Below are positions 59,087 to 64,000 of a stretch of 64,000 bases of DNA, piece by piece. A program made the position numbers and the translations under genes. Source of the DNA: an uncultured Candidatus Binatia bacterium (GTDB taxonomy: Bacteria > Desulfobacterota > Binatia > UBA9968 > CAXXLF01); assembly GCA_965218425.1 (NCBI GenBank), contig OZ244621.1, positions 3,776,001 to 3,840,000 of the forward strand. The letters run 5' to 3'. Numbering within the stretch: position 1 is the stretch's first letter; the number at the start of each line of letters is the position of its first letter. Under the pieces are notes generated by a model. That model made no database searches. It was not told the DNA's origin and worked only from the letters and a program-made list of their open reading frames with translations.

Positions 59087-59123
59087 TTTCAAATAGGAAT
59101 TGAATCGACAACACGGAACCCGA

Positions 59124-59495
59124 TTAATTGGCATCACGGGATAATTCGATGCGATTCCCACTTGGGTCAACCACATAGACGGAGTATCCAGGACCCTTCC
59201 CGTGGGGTCGTATTCCGTCCGTCTTGACACCTTTAGCCTCCAACCCCTTAATCAGTGCCTCCGGATCATCCGGTCCCTCGATATCAAATGTGTGGTGCGG
59301 GACGCCTGGAGCTTGCTTTTGCGAGGCATCAAACAGCCCAAGGCCCGCCCCGCCCAACCGTAAACGAGCAACGTCAACTCCTGAGACGGTGTGCTTCGTG
59401 CGTAACTCGGCACCGAGAACCCCCTGGTAGAAGTTGATCATCTCGTCCAAATTCTCTGCGTGAAAATTCCACGACCGCAGGCTGAGTACTTTCAT
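59124..59495 (-). CDS. VOC/glyoxalase family protein
   Basis: FYQGVLG, HHTFDI, DPSGNRIEL. Confidence 0.88.
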   Translation of the reverse strand: MKVLSLRSWNFHAENLDEMINFYQGVLGAELRTKHTVSGVDVARLRLGGAGLGLFDASQKQAPGVPHHTFDIEGPDDPEALIKGLEAKGVKTDGIRPHGKGPGYSVYVVDPSGNRIELSRDAN

Positions 59496-59760
59496 AATTT
59501 GACCCTCCTTGTAAATTTCTCGCCTTCCCCGACCGTCTTTACCAAAACCACGGTTAGCCCTGCAAGGCTGGATTCCCCCTCAGTACCGCCGCAAACAAGT
59601 CAGGCAGCGTCCCCCTCCACAAGCGATAATAATGCGATTGGCCAAAAATAGTACTCGGATCTCGGCTTATCGGGAGGTTACGGCTTGACACCCCTTTTGC
59701 TCTAAAATTCCCCCTGGCCGCAACCATTGAAAAACATCTAAAAGCCTCTTAGCACCTCAG

Positions 59761-60624
59761 CTAAAAAGGCCTACACCCTGTAACGATCCAAGCCGCAGCT
59801 TGCATGTGGACTCCTTGAGGAGTCTGATAGGGGGCCACAGCATCCGACAGAGCATACGTCAGAGCACCACGCTTCTCGGGCTGTCTTGCTTGTCTAATGG
59901 CGGCTGCCGCAGGCCCCATCTGAAACAAGAAGTCCACCGCCGCGTCAAGGTCATCACTTACACCAATAGGGACGTCCTTGACCGCCTCTTCAAACGAGAT
60001 GTCATGGAACCCCACTTTGGACAGAATACGCTCCAAACGATCGGAATCAGCAAAGGCAAATGGTCCCTGTTGATCAGGAACGAATTGCGGAACGTCGATA
60101 TGCTTGGCCACAGCCTCCGTTGGCACAAGCGCCCATAAGTTCTTTTGAAACTCCTGCCAGGCGACAAACGCAAAACGCCCGCCGGGGCATAAGGTCCTGA
60201 ACAGGTTCTCAAAGGCCTTCGGAGGATCTGCGAAAAACATGATCCCAAAGCGCGAGTAAAGAAGATCCATTGATTGGGGTTCGAATGCGTAGGTTTGTGC
60301 GTCGGCGTTGATGAAACGGGCTTGAGCCAAACCAAACCTTTTCCCTGAGTCTCTTGCACTGGCCAGCATGTTAGAGGAAAGATCAATTCCTGTAACTTTG
60401 CCGGTTGCCCCAACTCGGCGCGCAAGCTCCAAGGTGGTGTCTCCACAACCACAGCCTACGTCCAGTACCCGCTCACCTGGCAGGACCGAGGCTCGATCCA
60501 CGGCAAGAACCCCAAAGGGACGAGCAAGGCTATTAATGGGCTCCTGGTAATTGATCCATTTCTGCCCAGTGGTTTCATTCCAAAATTGAATCTGCGCAGC
60601 GTTCGGGCCCTTGGCTTCCAGCAT
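59761..60624 (-). CDS. Class I SAM-dependent methyltransferase
   Basis: VLDVGCGCG, ADAQ, SRFGIMFFADP, GPFAFAD. Confidence 0.9.
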   Translation of the reverse strand: MLEAKGPNAAQIQFWNETTGQKWINYQEPINSLARPFGVLAVDRASVLPGERVLDVGCGCGDTTLELARRVGATGKVTGIDLSSNMLASARDSGKRFGLAQARFINADAQTYAFEPQSMDLLYSRFGIMFFADPPKAFENLFRTLCPGGRFAFVAWQEFQKNLWALVPTEAVAKHIDVPQFVPDQQGPFAFADSDRLERILSKVGFHDISFEEAVKDVPIGVSDDLDAAVDFLFQMGPAAAAIRQARQPEKRGALTYALSDAVAPYQTPQGVHMQAAAWIVTGCRPF

Positions 60625-60844
60625 CGGATGGATATTCCTCCCATATCTTGCCTGAAGACTATGGCTAAACAAACATGACGGTTTATTTTTAGCTACTCTC
60701 CACTGAGTGATGGGCTGGCAGCACAATCAGCCTTGATGGAGGAGTTACCGGGACAAAACCATCGCGGGGCTAGAGTAAGATCGCCAGCTTTGTGCCAACA
60801 CTGAATCGAAGTTTCGGGGAATCATTCAAAAAGCGATTCTTACT

Positions 60845-61603
60845 TCATGCTCCGGCCAGCCGTGGCCGGCCAGCCGTCACCCCACCGTCTACCACGAACG
60901 TCCCACCGGTAATCTGTTTCGCACTAGCGGAAGAGAGATAATAGACCAGGTCGGCCACCTCTCGGGGGAGACCCACTCTTCCCAGGGGAATTTGACTGGC
61001 AACTCTTTTCAGACTCTTCGAAGGCACCATGGGCGTATCGACGGCCCCCGGGCAGATACAGTTCACTCGGACTCCAGAGGAAGCAAACTCAAGGGCAAGG
61101 ACCTTGGTAAGCATCACCAGGGCAGCCTTCGATACGCAATAAGCTGACCCTCCCGCATAACCCACAAGGCCGCCCGTGGAGGCGATATTGACAACGCACC
61201 CTTTGACCTTTCTCAGATAAGGCAGGGCCATTTGGGTGGAAAGAAATGCTCCACGCGCATTGACTGACATAACCTCATCCCATTCCGCAGTGGAGAGATT
61301 TTCCATGGGCCCGATCTTCTGAATACCGGCATTGTTACAAAGAACGTCCAACCGGCCCAATCGTCCCGGTCCCAACTCCAGCACACGCCGCACCGCTTCT
61401 TCCTTGCTCACGTCCGCCGGCACAAATTGGACTCGACACGCATATTTCTTTTTAATTTCCGCTGCCGCTTTCCCGCCCCTGCGCAGATTGCGGCCACAAA
61501 AAGCTAAATCATAGCCCTCCCGGGCGAAGCGATGAAGCACCGCCAACCCAATTCCTGAGGTACCACCGGTTACGAGAACGACGGGTCGCTTATTCCTCGC
61601 CAA
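60845..61603 (-). CDS. Short-chain dehydrogenase/reductase
   Basis: TGGTSGIG, NNAG, YCVSK, RVNCICPG. Confidence 0.93.
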   Translation of the reverse strand: MARNKRPVVLVTGGTSGIGLAVLHRFAREGYDLAFCGRNLRRGGKAAAEIKKKYACRVQFVPADVSKEEAVRRVLELGPGRLGRLDVLCNNAGIQKIGPMENLSTAEWDEVMSVNARGAFLSTQMALPYLRKVKGCVVNIASTGGLVGYAGGSAYCVSKAALVMLTKVLALEFASSGVRVNCICPGAVDTPMVPSKSLKRVASQIPLGRVGLPREVADLVYYLSSASAKQITGGTFVVDGGVTAGRPRLAGA

Positions 61604-61618
61604 GTTGACCCACTATCC

Positions 61619-62686
61619 TTACTGGACTGCCAGGGCGTAGATGATGGGAAAATTGAGGGGTACTTTTTGCCAGTGATCGCCCCGGTCCCCGCTATAAAAG
61701 ATCTCCCCCTCGTTTAACTTGATAAACCGGGCGCCCTCTCCGCCGGTGCCGATAAAGACTTCGTCCGATCCGTCTGGATCGAAATCGATGCATTCCACCA
61801 TGCTCATGAAAGGGTCGGGCAACCCATCTCCTATGCGCTCCCAGCTACTGCCTCCATCAGAACTCCTCATCAATGCGCCGTTGGCCTTGTTGGATCGCTT
61901 CAACCAGACCGGAGGTGGCTCTTCCGCCACGCCCACGTAGAGGGTCTGAGAGTCCCGGGGATGGACTCGAACCGGCACCGAGTAGGTCCTGGTAAAATCC
62001 TTGGTAATGCACTGCCATGACTTTCCCCCATCGCTGGAGCGATAGAGGGGTCTGCCCTTCGGAAAAGGGGTAGGATCGGGAAAATTCTCTCCACCGCCGG
62101 TGGCAGCATAGATTTGATTTTCAATTTCAGGGTCATAAACCACCGTGTGGACATCCATATCAATGGGATCGCGCACATCCGACCACGAGGCTCCACCATC
62201 TTCACTGATGAGCAGGCCACCCACCTGAGCCGCCACACAGATTCGCTTGGAATTATTCGCATCAACGGTGATGCAGCGCAGGTGGGGCTCAATCATGGGA
62301 ACAGGATAGGTCCACTTTCGATCTTCCGCCAACTTTCTAACCCCTGTCATCTCGCGCCAGTTTTGCCCCCCGTCCTCACTTTTCCAAAGTCCCGGTGGCT
62401 CCGTGCCTGCGTATAGAACATTGGAGTCTGTTGGATCCAACGTCAAGGCACGCACTTTATCCGACAGAACCCCGTCCCCCAACTTATGCCAGCTCGCGCC
62501 ACCGTCGTCGCTGCGACAGAGCCCGCCACCACGAATTCCTACGTAGACGGTCTGTCGGTTCCGGGGATCGATAACCACGGCATTGATCTCCGCCCCGTCG
62601 AGACTTTTTGTTTCGACCCGCCAATTACGATTTGAACGAACAACCTTGAATACACCGTCAATCGTTCCAACAAAAAGAGCTCTCAC
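61619..62686 (-). CDS. BNR/Asp-box repeat beta-propeller protein
   Basis: Five S.DGG.SW-type repeats; GTEPP and DVH motifs; likely GTG start at 62686. Confidence 0.85.
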   Translation of the reverse strand: MRALFVGTIDGVFKVVRSNRNWRVETKSLDGAEINAVVIDPRNRQTVYVGIRGGGLCRSDDGGASWHKLGDGVLSDKVRALTLDPTDSNVLYAGTEPPGLWKSEDGGQNWREMTGVRKLAEDRKWTYPVPMIEPHLRCITVDANNSKRICVAAQVGGLLISEDGGASWSDVRDPIDMDVHTVVYDPEIENQIYAATGGGENFPDPTPFPKGRPLYRSSDGGKSWQCITKDFTRTYSVPVRVHPRDSQTLYVGVAEEPPPVWLKRSNKANGALMRSSDGGSSWERIGDGLPDPFMSMVECIDFDPDGSDEVFIGTGGEGARFIKLNEGEIFYSGDRGDHWQKVPLNFPIIYALAVQ

Positions 62687-62937
62687 GGCTGCCCTCCCCT
62701 TTTGGGAAACGAATTTCACCGCTCCCCATCTCGCGATCCCCTGTTCCTGACCGCTCTGTCTTTGTCTTCCCTGCCTACCGTCCGCCCGAAGTCTAATGCT
62801 TAGTGGTTTTCTCGGTGATTAGCACTGAGCATGTAAGACCGGGAACTTCTCCGACCCTTTGCGCCCTGCGCTTCGCTTTCTGCCCGCGACATTCAATCTT
62901 CGATCCTCAATAATCGATCCGCACCCCCTTGTCCCTA

Positions 62938-63651
62938 TTACTTTCCTGCCGCGATGGCCCTGTCACCGATCAGATCATAGATATAGCGAAACGCTTCAAT
63001 GCTTTCTCCTACCGCAGCGAGGGCCAACTCCTCCTCTACTTTACTCCTTGCATACTCGACGATAATGCGGATGGTTTCCTCGGCGTGACCGCCTTCATCC
63101 GGATCAGCGGCATCCGCAGCCTCCCAATGGGTGAGCCATTCTCTTCCCAGCCCCAAGGGCTCCCAGTTGTGCCGGGAGTTCAAGGGCTTCTGGCCGTACT
63201 TGGCCGCCAGCTCCCCGTGGTTCGTAAGCTCAAGTGCTCCCACCGCTGAAAATCCTTCCAACCAGGGTTTTGTGCGACTGATATTATCCCAATAGTGAAC
63301 CGCCAGTTTCATAGGGACACTGGGCACATAATTCAATACTTCATCCCGGGAGAGGCCCAACCCCTGTCCGAACTTTACCATGCTCCCATAGTGGGTATCA
63401 TCGATGGTTGGGTCATGCACTTCCTCAACATAAATATTACCGATGATGTAGCGGCGCACCTCGAGGTGAGGGCAGTTAGCGATAACGTTACTAAACCAAC
63501 GGGGAAAATTTGCCGCAAAATAAGTGTGCTCCACGGCGAAGATTTTTGCCCCCTCGCGATTCAGGTGGTGGTTGACAAACTCCATCATTCGAGGAGACTT
63601 CTTCCACCAGGAATCGGCCACCGCATCTAAGATATCTTCCCTTTTTAACAT
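62938..63651 (-). CDS. Heme-oxygenase-like diiron enzyme (CADD/PqqC superfamily)
   Basis: FPRW, NIYVEE...TH, ALE, HWEAADAAD...GHA. Confidence 0.75.
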   Translation of the reverse strand: MLKREDILDAVADSWWKKSPRMMEFVNHHLNREGAKIFAVEHTYFAANFPRWFSNVIANCPHLEVRRYIIGNIYVEEVHDPTIDDTHYGSMVKFGQGLGLSRDEVLNYVPSVPMKLAVHYWDNISRTKPWLEGFSAVGALELTNHGELAAKYGQKPLNSRHNWEPLGLGREWLTHWEAADAADPDEGGHAEETIRIIVEYARSKVEEELALAAVGESIEAFRYIYDLIGDRAIAAGK

Positions 63652-63680
63652 AAATTCTTTCCCTTACCCTGCTAGTTCCT

Positions 63681-64000
63681 TCAAGCATTCTTCAGGTAGA
63701 GTCTCTTGGCGTTTCCACCTAACACAGCTTCCTTGTCTTGCTGGGTGAGATCCTCACGGGCAAGCAATTCATCGATTTCATGGCGACACTTCTTGGCGTC
63801 GAAGACTTCATGAGGAAAATCGCTGCCGAATAGAAAACCTTCCCTACCGGCATTCTGCACGGCAAAGCCAAGGCCGCCGTCGTCCACATCGAAGCCAACG
63901 AAGATCCTTCCCTCGCGCATCCGTTTCCTGAAATAGTCGCTGGCCTTTTCCCCACGTTTCGGGCCTCCCAGAACCTCACCGTTCAAATCCACCTGCATAT
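63681..64000 (-). CDS. Amidohydrolase family protein, C-terminal part (5' end outside the window)
   Basis: ASDYF, LFGSDFPH, VLGGNAKRLY. Confidence 0.85.
   Translation of the reverse strand, partial: MQVDLNGEVLGGPKRGEKASDYFRKRMREGRIFVGFDVDDGGLGFAVQNAGREGFLFGSDFPHEVFDAKKCRHEIDELLAREDLTQQDKEAVLGGNAKRLYLKNA

Noticed and set aside
1..64000. CRISPR array, rRNA, prophage, integron or defence system
   Set aside because: No regularly spaced repeats, cas, phage, integrase or rRNA signatures were seen.

Overview
The window looks like a bacterial chromosome segment of roughly 55% GC (by eye). Gene content suggests a deltaproteobacteria-like lineage such as Ca. Binatia (inference only). Three zones are visible. 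(1) 1-28 kb is a dense accessory catabolic region with four UbiD-family (de)carboxylases, three Rieske oxygenase alpha subunits, a LigB-type extradiol dioxygenase, a meta-cleavage-type hydrolase, RidA, an OYE-type flavin oxidoreductase, a ThDP enzyme, a PuuE-like deacetylase and four ABC substrate-binding proteins. It ends at tRNA-Leu(CAG). (2) 28-43.7 kb is mostly + strand: valS-nadC-birA-coaX-fusA-like, then a flavin reductase/heme-oxygenase-like diiron enzyme/cyclase/aldolase operon, then a sulfide:quinone oxidoreductase-like gene. That gene very probably reads through an in-frame UGA as selenocysteine at its second catalytic Cys position, has a SECIS-like hairpin, and faces a persulfide dioxygenase-rhodanese fusion. 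(3) After a dif-like XerCD site at 43723-43750, genes are mostly on the - strand (miaB, CoA-transferase pair, tRNA-Gly, pgsA, tRNA-Ser, tadA, a second diiron enzyme cluster), mixed with pseudogenes and IS remnants. The strongest candidates for novelty are the putative Sec-containing SQR with its PDO-rhodanese partner, the multi-UbiD/Rieske cluster including one UbiD with an altered catalytic triad, and the diiron-oxidase operons. All calls come from motif reading by eye; no searches were run.
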